From NCBI GenBank assembly GCA_964106915.2, contig OZ066914.1: a stretch of 64,000 nucleotides of DNA, one strand, 5' to 3'. A program made the position numbers and the translations under genes. Shown piece after piece: positions 1-14,185 of the stretch. Position 1 is the stretch's first letter; every line of letters begins with the position of its first letter. This DNA comes from Podarcis gaigeae (lineage: Eukaryota). The notes under the pieces are model-generated. The model was given only the letters and a program-made list of their open reading frames with translations. It did not search any database and had not been told where the DNA came from.

Positions 1-82
1 TTCCAGAAATCATTTTATTTACTAATTTATCCTTCATTCTAACATATGCTCTTCATCTTTTATATATACATACTGTATATAG

Positions 83-184
83 CTTCACAGAATAATGCAG
101 TTGGGTGTGGTTATATCGGAGTTGCTTGAGAATGGTTCTTCAGTTTTGGTTTGCCTGGAAGATGGCTGGGATATCACAGCACAG
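83..184 (+). CDS. SBF2: SBF2/MTMR13 coding exon (pseudophosphatase motif)
   Basis: tatag|CTT CAC AGA...GCA CAG|gtgag; translates [44 protein letters not shown] replaces the catalytic HCSDGWDRT, as in SBF1/SBF2. 102 bp, phase 0/0. Confidence 0.93.
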
Positions 185-1187
185 GTGAGCCTATAACATA
201 TTAATGGCCAGCAAAGATCACTTTGCTCTGACCAGTTTACTATATTTGTTTAATAACTTCAGGTACCAAAGAATGCATCAGACTTAAAACCCTTCACAGC
301 TTTCTTTTATATAACTTTTAAAAAAAACCCATCCCTTGAATCTTTAATCCTTTAGAAAGAAATGAAATTTTTGCTGATGGCCAACAGATGTGTAGTGTTT
401 CTGTGTGGAACTGGATCTGTCTCATACATTCATACTTGCAAGCACTCTTGTCCTATAATTCTGGTGTTTAGAAAAGGCATGGTGTAAAAATAAACTGCCA
501 GTAATTTTAGTCCTATATAACAAACCATGGAAGAAATGAACAGTAATTCCAGATCTCATTGGCTATGTTGTTTTTTCTAAAATTGCAACAGGTTACTTAC
601 TATATCTAACATAGTTTCTGAGTTATCATGGCTTAATGTGAAAAAGCAGTGTGCTCTGATTTCATTCATCCCCTAGTGTGAGCAGGATAAACCCATTATG
701 CCCGAACCAGGGATTGCAGTTTGTTGCTCCCTAAGTAGTTATTATCAGCAAACATGACTTAAGATTGGTTATCAATTGTGGCTTGTTTGGGAGCTATAAA
801 CCATGGTCCCTGGTTTAGATATAACATGAAACCAAGGGCTCCTAGTTTGTGTATTCCATGTGCACCAGAGGAGTGGTCCCAGAGTGATTGGGCGGTAGAA
901 ATTTTAAAAGTTGGACAACTTGTTTTTTTTCTTTGAGCCTCATCCTCACCCCTCCCAATTCTTTACTGTTCTGGCAAGCTGTATCTGATGGTGACGCAGG
1001 GTTTGCATCACTCTACAAGCAATATTGACATTGTACACATTCACAGCAGTTCTGCTGATTGGTCTCACACTTCAAAGATAGAAGTACTAGGTACACTAAA
1101 CAGTTGGTAGGGGGAAAGAGACAAGGAAAGGTATACACCACAGCAGTGCCCAGATATTTCTCATGCAACATACTAGATTGTTTCTAA

Positions 1188-1421
<234 letters not shown>

Positions 1422-1440
1422 TGAGCAAATCTTTATCTCT

Positions 1441-1441
<1 letters not shown>

Positions 1442-1485
<44 letters not shown>
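1442..1485 (+). repeat. (AGAT)n microsatellite
   Basis: about 11 perfect tetranucleotide units. Confidence 0.95.
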
Positions 1486-4208
1486 GCAAAGTACCAACAT
1501 TCCAGGGTAATGGACAAATATATTAGAAAAAGAGGAACATGTTTTATGTTCTCAGTAGGATAAATAAATTTAGTGCGACAGAAAAATGTGAAATTAAAGC
1601 CGTTTTCATGGTAGTAGTGTAATGTACTTCTACCATACATCTCAAAGAAAATATAAGCAAGTATCCACAAATCTGCTCCATAGATGTTATGCCTCTAGTC
1701 CTCTGGCAAAAAGGACTCCCCCTAGCTCTCACTTGCAAAGCAGTTTGTAAAGTTAAGTGACAGCAACAGTATCTTTCTCTCTTTTTTAATACATATTTTC
1801 CATATCTCAGCACAAATTAGAGAACCCTAAAGCCCTCTTCATTGCCATAAAGCTTTGGGGGGGGGGGAAGGTGGCAAGTTGGTGGCAATCACAAATAGTG
1901 GCTGCCCGATAGGCCAACCCAATATTTGCAGACACCTGCAGGTAAGATTTTTCTACATTTGCAGAGCTCACTGGTGCTAACCCATCTACCTGAGTCAACA
2001 CCAAGAAACAAAAATGAACATGGTGGATCATCCAGCTCAGTATCATATTTCCAACAGAGGACATGTGATGCGCAGATCAGCTTGTAAAGAGGATGCGGTG
2101 GTGATAGCCATCACTTGTTAGCTCCTGGCATCTGAAAATCATAGCCATGATGCCTTGTACATGAAATGGACTATAGTTCAAGAAACCTTGTGTTATAATA
2201 AAATGGTTAGCCTTTAAGGTGTCTCAAGACACTGTTTCTTTTTCTGCATATATTATTATCCTCTATCAAAGGTTTTTGATTCCTATGGTCAAATCTAGTA
2301 TTACACTGGAATAACTACTTTTTGGATTGTAGTCTTGCCTATGTAGAACATGGTTTTCTAGAATTAATTAATTCTGCATAAAGATGACAATGGAATCCTT
2401 CTGTTTCTTTATTTTGGGTCTGCTGTGCAAATTCAATCAGAAGCAATAAGTGAAGGTTTTAATGGCATGCCACTTTTAACGCACTGAATGAGACTGGAAT
2501 GATCCTGTGGAAAAAAGCCGTCCTTGTTTCAACTAGAAAGAACATATAAAACAGGGATTCTTAAATTAGAACTGCATCATCTTACAAAAAGCCATTGTTT
2601 ATGCCAGTATCTCCAGGTGTCAGCTGAATTATTAATGTGAATCATTATTTCACAATAGCAACATCTGGTAGATCTTGTAGATGTTTCTAGGAAGACAGAA
2701 TTTGTGACAGTGATGTCACACTAGAAAGCTTCCATCACTTTCTCCAGAATCCCGTGTCAGTTTTAATGTGTTGTTATAATGCTGCATTTGCATAAAACTT
2801 TTATCTGTGAAAGTTATTTCTTCTCTTCCTACCTCTTTCCACTTCCCCACCCTTACTGTAGTGAGGAAAAGTTACAGCATATGTTGCTGTCTCAGCCATG
2901 TGTTTTCTTTGTAGGCTAGACGTAGACTGGGTATAATCCAAAGGTACACTTAAAATGAAATCTCACTGAAATGATGAGAACACCTTCCACCCCACTACCT
3001 CTATAGTAACTATCTGTCCTAGGAGTAGCCAGTGTCCACCTTCTAGATGCTGTGGACTCTGCCTGCCAGACTTGAAGAAAGCACTAGGAATTTGGTGGAA
3101 TATAAAAAAATGTTCAATGGATTGTTTTTGTGGGTAGCTTTTTCCTTTCATAGTATTATTAACATCATCATCATCACTTGGGAACTTATAGATCTGTTTT
3201 CAAAACCCATTTGGCATGGATGCACATCTTCAGTAAATGCTACTTATCCATTTTAAGTAATTAACAGAAATCGTAATTGTTGTGACTGAAGGTCCTAAAG
3301 AAAAATGGGAATACTGGAGCCATTCAGCCTCCTTTTCACCTGCTCTGTTCTTTTCCTGCAGAAAAAAAGGACAAATTACATATTATGTGGAAGATCTGTG
3401 AGGGACTTTACTTTCCTTCTGTGGGCAGGCAGCATCTGTGGGAGGGGTGAAAAGTAAAGCACTCCTCCCCCACTACTGCTAACAGATTTTCAGGACAACA
3501 CCCCCCCCCCCCGGCTGCTTTCCAGGTTTTTAGTTTTGAAAAAAACACCTAGTGAGTCAATCACAGATTCCTTGTAACTCCTAGTACTTGAAGAAATATT
3601 GACTTCACTTTTAGCCCACTTAAACAATAATACCACATTGCCCTAGTTGGCTTTAATACAGTTCCAGCAGACAGTGTGGTGCAAGATTTTCATTGCTGTT
3701 ATTGAACCAAAACTGGAATTTCAAGGCATTGCAAATATTTTCAAATAAGGCCTGCATTTTTATGTGTGTCCCCCCCCCCCACTTTCTGTCCCATGATTTG
3801 GTTTGCAAGAACTCTCAATGCAGCTAGCAACTTCATAATGATACAAGCTATGAAAACAAAATATCAGTCTTCAACAAATCAAACTGAGATGCTTTTGTAA
3901 CAACTTTTCAAAAGTGGCATTGTGGCATGATGATGAAAATAGCAGTAACAGTAAATTGTTTGTTTATTAAGACCACAGAATTTTAAAACACATATTTGGA
4001 ACCTTTCCCTAAGAGCACTATAGTGCTTTGACAGAAGTGATAAAAACCCATTTTAATCTAGCAGTTATAAGGTTGTAGCAGAAAAGCTTGCAGAGGTGCC
4101 TGATCGATGAAAGTAAGATAAATAATATATTTTGCTGTTTAAGTTTAGTTTTTTTAAATAATATATATTATTGTTGTAATATATGTTGCTATCATTTGTG
4201 CATTTCAG

Positions 4209-4335
4209 ATTCACAACCAGTATCCAACAGAGTTTGAATTCAATCAGTATTACCTGAAGTTTGTAGCATTTCACTATGTTTCCAATCGATTTAAAACATT
4301 CTTGCTGGACTCAGACTATGAAAGACTGGAACATG
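4209..4335 (+). CDS. SBF2: SBF2 coding exon
   Basis: ttcag|ATT CAC AAC CAG TAT CCA...GAA CAT G|gtaag; [42 protein letters not shown]. Confidence 0.96.
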
Positions 4336-4663
4336 GTAAGGATCCCAGTTTTGCTGGTGTTACTTTTTATTTTAATTTTAAAGCACTGACAAAGTTAATA
4401 TTGAAGTTGTTGTAATATACCTGCCACCCTTTGCTATCTTGAAATTTGTTCTGTGGCTGCAATCTTATACATAATTACCAGGACATAAACTCTATTGAAC
4501 TCAGCGGGCCTACTTATGAACAGACATGTAATGGATTGCATTTTATAGATTGTGACATTGGAAGTTACCTATGACATTTAAAATTCCTGGCAAGTAGCTC
4601 CTTTTCCTAACCAGGAAAAGGAGGACACTATGCCTAGGAACCACATATCCACACTGCCTAGAC

Positions 4664-4869
4664 CAGAGCTTTCCAAACTGTGTGTCGCGACACGGTAGTG
4701 TGTCAGCTGCAGTGGGTAGGTGTGCCGTGTGAATGTTCCCCATGCTCCTCCCAGGGCTGGAAAGGGGCTAGTTTAACCTCCTGTTTGCTAGTAAAACTAA
4801 ATTACTGTGTTGCGAAATGATGCATGTCTAAAAAGTGTGTCACCAGCATGAAAAGTTTGGAAAGCTCTG
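4664..4869. mobile_element. hAT-type MITE
   Basis: TIRs CAGAGCTTTCCAAAC/GTTTGGAAAGCTCTG; 8-bp TSD gcctagac/gcctagaa. Confidence 0.85.
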
Positions 4870-5094
4870 GCCTAGAAGGTAGAGCTCAATATGTGATATC
4901 ACCAAAAGTAAAGTGTGTTCATTGCTCCCAGATAAGTCCTGCCTTCAGAGCTTTGAAGGCTTCTATTCCCTTTGGAGCCCCATTAGAATGAAATTTTATT
5001 TTTCTCACTTAAGTAGTTCACATCGCAGAATTCATGGGCCAGGTTGCTCACCGGGCAAGATGGTTTGAGCATATAACGCCAATCCTGTCAATTA

Positions 5095-5362
5095 CTGTAT
5101 TGGCCCAAATAGAAGCTGCACCCGAATATAATCCACCCCTTTAAAATTCAAGGTGAGAAAAGGAAAAAGATACTATACCTGAATATAAGCTGCTCCCTTA
5201 AAATTCCACAGGCACTCACACCCGTTTCATTTTACCATATGTCTGTTTCAGCAACAATACTGTAAAAGCCAATTTTTGTAAGGTTACGAATTTAAGCCGT
5301 ACTTTAACTTTTCACAGTCAGAATTTGGGGGGGAAGTGAGGCTTATATTCAGGCCAATACAG
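5095..5362. mobile_element. Tc1/mariner (pogo/Tigger-like) MITE nested in an L2 remnant
   Basis: TA|CTGTATTGGCC...GGCCAATACAG|TA; flanks (about 5060-5092 and 5365-5580) read as an L2 ORF2 3' region (HITPIL...AQFKVLV...YKALN). Confidence 0.75.
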
Positions 5363-6026
5363 TAGTTTCTGGGCCCAATTCAAAGTGCTGGTTTAGACCT
5401 ATAAAGCCTTAAACAGCTCAGGACTACAATACCTAAAGGACCGCCTCTTTCCATATGAACCTACCCAGATCCTGAGATCATCTTCTGAGGCCCTTCTTCA
5501 TGTGCTGCCTCCTCCACAAGAGGTCCGGAAGGTGGCAACTGAGAATGGGCCTTTTCTGCAGTGGCTCCCTGCTTGTGGCATGTAAGCAAGTTGAGAGAGG
5601 AGTCCTCGTTTTTGCCACAATTTAGTGCTGCTAGTTAACAGGCATTAGCAGTTAAATTACACTGTGATGTCACAGGCAGCTGTTAATAAAAGGCAGCTGA
5701 ATTTCTTACAATTATGTTTATATCTGAAAGTACTCATGACACATCATCAGATGCATCTTTTCCAAACTTATAGGAAAAGAAAAGAAGCCTTAGAAGGTCA
5801 CAAGCTTACGTATAAGAACATTGGAGAACAGGGAGGAGCTATCTAATGCTGTCCCTCACTGGCCATTGTTCTGCTCCAAACCCCGCTTCTCTGCTTAGGC
5901 ATGCTCAGTTGGATATTTTTACACGCAAACCCTGTGCTGTAAAGGTCCTTCATTTTCAAAAGTTATTTTCACTATCTGGCAAGGAGAGTTCTTTCCTTCA
6001 ACTTCTTATGTTTTCTTGTTTTCTAG

Positions 6027-6154
6027 GGACACTGTTTGAAGATAAAGGAGAGAAACATGGCAAGAAAGGAGTTTGCATGTGGGAATGCATAGACAAAATT
6101 CACAAAAGAAGTCCTGTTTTCTTCAATTACCTCTATGCACCAGCTGAAACAGAG
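6027..6154 (+). CDS. SBF2: SBF2 coding exon
   Basis: ttctag|GG ACA CTG...ACA GAG|gtataa; [43 protein letters not shown]; phase fits the previous exon. Confidence 0.95.
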
Positions 6155-6573
6155 GTATAAAGCAGAAAGGTTCAGGATCTTCATTATCCTGGTACCTGAA
6201 TAAAGTTTGGTGTCTCATTTGAGACTTTCACTGAGTGAACTACCTAGATGACCTGAATGTTTACTAGCATAAACAGGACTACAGAACCATGGCCAAGATC
6301 ACAAGAGCCTATCCAATGGCTGGGGCATGCTCAGTTGGATATTTTTAGTTCTTTAACAAGCAAAATCCTGTACTGTGAAGAGCCTTCAGTTTCAAAAGCA
6401 CTTTTCACTATCTGGCATGAAGCATTAATGTTTTCCAAACACAACCACCTGGGCATGAGGAAGTAATTGTGCAGTTTGCTTTTTTTTAGGAGAGGGGGAA
6501 TAACAGCTTTGGTTCTGCAACCTTAAGCTTGTGTTGTGGGGCAAAGGTGTACAGACAGTGTAAGGCAAGCATA

Positions 6574-6940
6574 AAAAAGGTAAAGGTAAAGGTACCCCTG
6601 CCCGTACGGGCCAGTCTTGACAGACTCTGGGGTTGTGCGCCCATCTCACTTAAGAGGCCAGGGGCCAGCGCTGTCCAGAGACACTTCCGGGTCATGTGGC
6701 CAGCATGACAAAGCTGCATCTGGCAAGCCAGAGCCGCACATGGAAACGCCGTTTACCTTCCCGCTGGTAAGCGGTCCCTATTTATCTACTTGCACCCAGA
6801 GGTGCTTTCGAACTGCTAGGTTGGCAGGCGCTGGGACCGAGCAGCGGGAGCGCACCCCGCCACAGGGATTCGAACCGCCGACCTTTTGATCGGCAAGTCC
6901 TAGGCGCTGAGGCTTTAACCCACAGCGCCACCTGCGTCCC
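6574..6940 (-). mobile_element. Sauria SINE, full length
   Basis: Minus strand begins GGGACGCAGGTGGCGCTGTGGGTTAAA and ends in an (ACCTTT)n tail; 13-bp TSD TAAGGCAAGCATA at 6561-6573 and 6941-6953. Confidence 0.92.
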
Positions 6941-7745
6941 TAAGGCAAGCATATTTCCCTCTAATTTATTTGTGCCTATTACTAGAATATCCTATAACTC
7001 TGCATTAAAACAGCATCTTGGCTGGCAGAGCAACAGGTAAGGCGCTGGGACATGGTCTCAGGAGGTGATCGCATGCTAATTCTTGAATTTAAACCTGGTT
7101 TTACTACTGAAAAGCTATAGCTTTGTTGGTGACACAGTTATAAAGGTACATGCCTGGCACTGTGGAAAGAGTTGAAACCAGGATCAGTAGAACTAGTGAC
7201 AGCTCCTTATCACAAAATCTTAGAACCAAAAATCTGCAAAGCTATTTTTATTTAAACATGTATATTGGTGGGGTTTCTGAGTCTATAAATAATATTCAGC
7301 ATATTTACTTTAATAATATCACCCATTTCTATCAGCATTTTATTACATCCTTTCAAAAGGACCTTTCTGACCTATTTTGCTAGATGAATGAGGAGCCTAA
7401 TATATCCTTGATAAATGGAATTTGAAAGAAAGGGAGGGCTTTCCAAGGTTAGAACTGAAATAAAGAGATAATGTACCCCCTGAACAGTATGGACAAACTG
7501 AAATTTGAATTTATTACCCTAATAAGGAAACTGAATATTTATCTTGTTCTTACAATTGAGGCAGCTTGCTTCAGCAATGCAAAAAGTTTGAGGTCAGGTC
7601 AGGTATGTTCCAGATGTTATCTATAAAACGTTAAGTACACAAGAGCAGCTGAAGTAGTGCACATCAATTGGCCTTTGAGGAAGTGGGGACAATGATACCA
7701 GAAAGCCATTATGCATTATTAATCTGCTGGCATTAATTTCTACAG

Positions 7746-7979
7746 GCATTAAAACCAAATGTAAACATATCCAGTCTTAAAAAGTGGGATTACTACACAG
7801 AGGAGACTTTGGCTACTGGTCCTTCTTATGACTGGGCCATGGTAACTGCAAAATGTAGTACCTTGGATGAACCTGACCAAATGGACATGTCGTCTTCCCA
7901 CAGTAAGAGGAAAATTGTCTGGCCATGCTATGACAATATTAGCAAAGTGCAGCCAGATGCCATCACCAGCCTATTAAAT
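7746..7979 (+). CDS. SBF2: SBF2 coding exon
   Basis: tacag|GCA TTA AAA CCA...TTA AAT|gtgag; ALKPNVNISSLKKWDYYTEETLATGPSYDW...IVWPCYDNISKVQPDAITSLLN, 234 bp. Confidence 0.95.
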
Positions 7980-8910
7980 GTGAGTATAATTTTTTTAAGC
8001 ATCTATTGGTGTCAGGTAACATCCATTCAATTTTTAAAAATGTATTTCCCTTAAGAAAGCAGAAATAGAGCAAAATTATATTTTGGCTCAAAGGAAAGAC
8101 CACTCCTTTTTTCTGAGTTAGGATTGCCTATGCCTGTTTCCCAGACTAACTGAAAGCCAACCAATTGTCTGTAGAAATTAAGTTAGCAAAATACAATACA
8201 TTTTGGATGTTAGTCCTTTTCTGGAAATATTGAAATGTATCATAAGATTTTTTTAAAGTCTGTGAGTGGTCTTTAGGATATTGTCTGTGAAATGCCCAAT
8301 TTGGAGTATTTTTAACTATTTCACACAAAGAACTTATAGCTTCTCTCATTGTACAACAGAACTGCACTGGCATGTATTGGTTAGCTTCATATAAACTCCA
8401 CGTCTGCCTAAACTAAGTGGAGCTGCTATGTAGTGTGGTTATCCTGCTAACTTCTAAGGAATAATAAATTCCATTGAAAAATGGTTAGGTAGTATCAAGG
8501 GTATTGAATGCAGACAAGTGTTAGGAAGATGTGTTTTAAAATCTTTAAAATAGTTTTTATAATAAGCAGCAGCAAGACATTTTCCTGAACTAATTGCTAT
8601 TTTAAAGCAATAAAAAATGCATACCAAACATATCAATTTGGGGGGCAGGGAAATGCCTAAATATTTTCAGCTTACAATCAGTAATTGCTGTGCTTCCGTA
8701 CTATGGAAAATGGATTCAAAGTTAGCCTATAATAATAGTCCATGTTCGGCTTTATATACTTGAATTCAGTTTTTTCCTTTCTCTTAGCATATGATCCTTC
8801 TGCAGTTTAGAAGAAAGAACTGTAATTTAGCAGTAAATAAAATGTGGTTTTGAAACATAATAACTATTGGCTCCAACTAGCTATTTATGACATGTTCAAT
8901 GTTCCTAGAA

Positions 8911-9178
8911 CAGGGGTTGGCAACCTGCGGCCCATGGGCCACAAGCAGCCCACAGGGGTCATTTAAACAGCCCATGAGCTACCCCCGAACCAAGCCACCC
9001 ACTTGTCGAGTCCCCGCATGCTGCGCTAAACCGGCAGAGTGGGGACTCGCTTCCGCGGTGCCGCAAATTGCGTCTGCACAGACACCAGAAATCGCATCTG
9101 CACAGATGCGATCTGGCCCACGGAGCAATCTCCACGGGAGTAAACTGGCCCAGGTGAGGTAAACCTTGCCAACCCCTG
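8911..9178. mobile_element. hAT-type MITE
   Basis: TIRs CAGGGGTTGGCAA/TTGCCAACCCCTG; perfect 8-bp TSD TCCTAGAA. Confidence 0.9.
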
Positions 9179-10250
9179 TCCTAGAATTTATACTTCGCTT
9201 TAGAACATAGAGGCTTAGATCCTAACTTTTAACCCTGTGAACAAAAGGAGGGCTGTATTTGCAGAGCACAATGCTCTTTGGGGTCATAGCAGATGATTTC
9301 CTAAAATTAGAGTTTTGAGGGCATTTCTTGCCACCTTATTTTCAGTGTTCTTTCTCTTTTGAAGCAGAAGATAATACAATGACCAATGAGCTAATACCTG
9401 CTATAAATACAACGCTGCATTTTTATTAAAGGATTAAGATCAAATGTTTCACAACAGAAGTTCAATAACAAGCCATATGCTCTTATTCAATTTAAGTAAC
9501 AAAAACTTTGATATTAGCCAATGCTGCCATAGTTTATTACTGTGTGTCATGATAAGTTAACATGAACAACACTTAAATGGCAAAGCTGGTTTAAAGGTAT
9601 AGCTGACATTTACTCATATAGTATCTTTCACAAAGTTTCGTGTTCCTTGTGCTCCTGCATTCATCTGCTTATGGTTTGTTTCAAGAGAAACAAACCATGA
9701 GCCCAAGTTCAGACAACATGATAAACCAGACTATGGCTTGTTTCATGACAGCCCAGCAGGAACAGGAACAGGAACACGAGAGGAGCTAAGTATCGATGAT
9801 TTGCTGCTCATTCGCATTAAACCATAGCTAATTTTAAATATTGTTTAATCAGATGCACAAATCAAATGCCTATCTCACGAAAAATTCACACAGGAACATA
9901 CATTAATAAAATGTCGCAAGAGGCTACCAAAGAGTTCAAATTCCCAGTTTCACAACAAGAACAACTTACAGTCTGGCATACATACTAAATAAGTTTTTCT
10001 GTTTCATTTTTGTTTTTTATTACAGTTTGGTACTGTTCCTTAGAAAAAACAGGGTAAATGTTACTCTTGGCAGTTTGTAATATTGATGTCATAGCACTGG
10101 GCCTGAATTTTGCAAATACTCTTTTAAAAACATATCCAGCCCTTTTCATCATTTTTCATCATGGCAAGCAGTTATAGCTTTTGTTTTAATGATACAAACA
10201 AACCGTCAGAAATATTTAATGTCAGGAAAAACCCCTTCCATTGTTTTCAG

Positions 10251-10355
10251 GAAATCGAAAGATTGGAGAACAAGTTAAATCAAAGCCCAGAAAGGTGGCA
10301 GCCATTGTGGGAAAAAGTCAAAGTAAATGTTAAAGAAGATACAAGGCAGGACAAT
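10251..10355 (+). CDS. SBF2: SBF2 coding exon (coiled coil)
   Basis: ttcag|GAA ATC GAA...GAC AAT|gtaag; [35 protein letters not shown]. Confidence 0.94.
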
Positions 10356-10802
10356 GTAAGTTGCAGAAAGTACACTGATCAGTAATTGCATTCCTTCTTC
10401 AAACAAAGACTGGCAAGAGTTGTGACCAAAGCACCTTCTGAAATTGAATTCTTACCTGTTTAAAGTAAAAGTGGCAGTTTTAGATTTGCTTAGATCTGGA
10501 CTTACACACAGTAGTGGTTTTCCCTTCTTCCTGGTTATTTCTAATTTTAAGAATTTTGTGAAATAGTTATACTCTTTGTTTTGTCAATGCATGAAGAAAA
10601 TAGTATTGCCTAATGAGGTCAGCTCCTTACACTTTTAATTCACTCTGTGAATTGGTGTGCTGTACTCTTGCCAAAATGTTTTAATGGTCACTGTGGTTCT
10701 AACTTAAACCAGTCAGGAATCCCAGTTTAGAATGTTGCTTTGTTGAAACCTTGACTACCCCTCCATCTTAAAACTTCTTGAAATTTTATCTCTTTTTCAA
10801 AG

Positions 10803-10996
10803 CATCGGAGACATCCTTCTGGCTCGTCAGCAATCATGTCTGCCAATCTGCATTCTTATCAAAAGAGGTCTTTGTTACATCTACCAGACAGTGGATTGGG
10901 TGAAGAACAGAACACCAACATCTCACCCTCCAATGGTGTGGAAAGGAGAGTAACTACGCTGTACAATCAGTTCACATCAAAGAATGATGAAAATAG
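10803..10996 (+). CDS. SBF2: SBF2 coding exon
   Basis: caaag|CAT CGG AGA...GAA AAT AG|gtaa; [37 protein letters not shown]...[13 protein letters not shown]. Confidence 0.92.
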
Positions 10997-11756
10997 GTAA
11001 TTTGAGTGGTTAGCATATGATTCACCTCTTTTTCAGCCAGGAAGGAAAGTCACATCCATTTCTTAATCTGCTGTTTCAAACTGAAGTTCATCAAATATAA
11101 CAAAAAAGTAATCAGGGTATTAAAACAATACCATATTGAAATAGAAAGCCTGACAAATCAAGTACAGACAACTAGCTACTATCTCTCTTATAAATTTTGC
11201 CATTTTAAAATACTGTTTTATTCATATTATTTACATTTTTTTCTTCAAAAGAATTTTGAGGTAAATCCTTGGCTCAAAGAAGAAACGTTTCTGGGGATGT
11301 ATGCTGACTATTTAATGCTTTTGAGTAATGAGATACCATTTATTAAATCTGCATTTTTATTTTCAGTTTAATTCATAAGTATGTCCAGAGTGGCTGGGGA
11401 AACTCATTAAATTATTATTTACAATCTAAGGCATCTGGCTTCTTTCCTCCTAATGGCCATATTTCATTTAGAGGCAAGATGCTAGTTGCATTAAGACTCT
11501 ACACAGAGAAATAATTGCTACATAGTCTGGCATACAATACAAACAGTATTTTTGATAACAGATAAAACACTTTAAACCTCATGGTTATCCAAGGATCACA
11601 CTATTCCAAATGCATTGACCTTGTAGGGATGTATGTACAATTCTCATTAAAGAAAATGTGGATTTAACTGCATGGATTTAACGAGAAATATGAGGTAATT
11701 ACTGATACTGATACATAAATGCTTACTTAGGTGACACTAGGGAGCTTAAGAGTAAA

Positions 11757-12206
<450 letters not shown>

Positions 12207-13313
12207 TAATAGAATAATCTTATTATTCGTGCAAAATAAGTTTTGCAGAGACTGCAATAAATAATTATACCACTAGGCTGAGCGGGGGGGGGGGGGAGAA
12301 AGCAATTGTACTATCTGATCTCCCTGCTTACAGATGTTTCTTTAAGAGGCCTGAGTTTCACCTTCAATGAAACAAGGAGATGCTTTCTGACGTCAGACTA
12401 GAATCTATGTTTCAGAAAACAGCAGCAAATGAACTGCTCAGTTTGTGTGTTGAGAGTTTCCACAGCACCTTGTACATAGGTCCATAAGAACTGCCTTGCT
12501 AGGAGAGACCAAAGACCTAGTCCAGTGGCTGTCAAACAGGTGCTCCTGTATGGTGGCACACCGTTTTATTCCCAGCATTTGTTCCTGAGGTACGCTGCCT
12601 CTGAACACAATAAATTCTGCAAGTTAATCACCCATGGGTGGCTCCTCAAAATACAGTCCATTCAAAATGCCTAATTATAGCTCCTGAGTTTGTAACATCT
12701 GTCTATGTTTATTATGTAATCTCTCACGCAGAGGACAGTTAGAATTTTAGGCAATCAAAGATCTTTTTGAAAAAAAATGTTCTGACCCCAAGGTGAAGCT
12801 TTGGGTGCTCTGCTGCATCCCTCCTCCCCTAAAGAGACTGGAATTTATCTAGTAATTTTATTGCATTTATATCCCACCTTTAATCCAAGGAGTTAAAAGC
12901 AGCATAGATGGTTTCCCCCTCCCCATTTCATCCTCACAAGAAGCCTGTGAGGTAGGTTATGTTGAGGGAGTGGCCCAAGGTCACTCAGTGAGGTTTATGC
13001 CTCAGTGGAGATTTGAACAGTGGTCCTAGCTCTTACTTCAACACTCCTAAGTATATCACACTGGCTCTTGGGATGTATGGCCAGCACCGCTGAGTTTGGG
13101 AACTGAAGTACCTTTGAGTGGAATTTTGAGAGCTGCCATTGAATAATACCTAGGTTGATGTATTTCTTTGCAGAATTTATAAGCAGCAAGTTGCTCCAAT
13201 ATTATTGTAAATTGCAGTCCACCCAAGTCCTAGTGGTTCAAATTCTGTGAAAACTATGGCAATTTGTTTGTTGTTCCTTTTCATACTGTATAATTTTCTT
13301 CTTTCGTTACTAG

Positions 13314-13445
13314 CTAAGATATTATGATTCTGTTGAGGATGCATGCTGCAAGGGCCATATCGATCTTGCAGAAGTAGAAAGTGTGATACCTGCTTCACCT
13401 ACTATGGGTGCTCCAAAGCATGCTAATGAGAGAGCATTCTTTGAT
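13314..13445 (+). CDS. SBF2: SBF2 coding exon (PH domain)
   Basis: actag|CTA AGA TAT TAT...TTT GAT|gtaag; [44 protein letters not shown]. Confidence 0.96.
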
Positions 13446-14037
13446 GTAAGTATATTGGCTACAGACCTTGGTAGCGTGGGGGGTGCAGGGGGGGCTGGCC
13501 ACACTGGGCGCAAATTACTTGCCTTGCCCCGGGTGCTGACAACCCACGCTACGCCACTGCTTGGACTACTTCATATTAGTACCAAAAATCCCTGCTCCCT
13601 CTGTGTGTTTGCATCTGTCTCTCAAACACACACATACACTCACACCTTTTTCCATTTTAAGAAAACTTTTAAAAAATAAAATAGATAAAACAACACTGCT
13701 GCTAAGGTAAGGCTCTTGATTGACGCATATTGGTTTTACTCTTGAATGCTGATAAAAGAGCACACTGCTATTCATGGCTGCATCCTTTTGAATATGAGTT
13801 TCAGCATACCTACTCAGGTGTAAGGCAAAAATGTCCTGAATATTCTGCCTGTCAAAGTAGAAATTACACATGGCAGGACAATAATCCTGAACAGATAATT
13901 CCCACCCCCATATCACTAATTCATTGTAATGTGTCACAGGCATGATATGCTGGATTTCTGCAATCCTCCCAAACCTTCTTTGAGGAAGAAAAGAGCCCAC
14001 AGGAATAATGTTCACAAGTGTTCATACAATGCCTGTA

Positions 14038-14185
14038 CACTGGAACCTCGGTTCTTGAACAGCTTTGTTGTCATACATTTTGGTTCTCAAATGCCGAAAA
14101 CCCAGAAGCAATTGGTCCATTTCCGAATGTTTTTCGGAACCCAAACATGCAACACAGATTTTGTTCAAGAACCAAGGTACCACCG
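14038..14185. mobile_element. Tc1/mariner-type MITE
   Basis: TA|CACTGGAACCTCGGTTCTTGAAC...GTTCAAGAACCAAGGTACCACCG|TA. Confidence 0.75.

Noticed and set aside
153-182. Non-canonical phosphatase active site as a sign of pseudogenisation
   Set aside because: SBF2/MTMR13 is an established catalytically inactive myotubularin, and all exons here are intact and in phase.
91-184. Acceptor at cacag|91 for the first SBF2 exon
   Set aside because: The upstream AG at 81-82 gives a phase-0 exon beginning with the conserved LHRIMQL.
6840-6940. tRNA genes at SINE heads (also 28300, 63460)
   Set aside because: The A/B-box-like sequences are the tRNA-derived 5' ends of SINEs with body, tail and usually TSDs.
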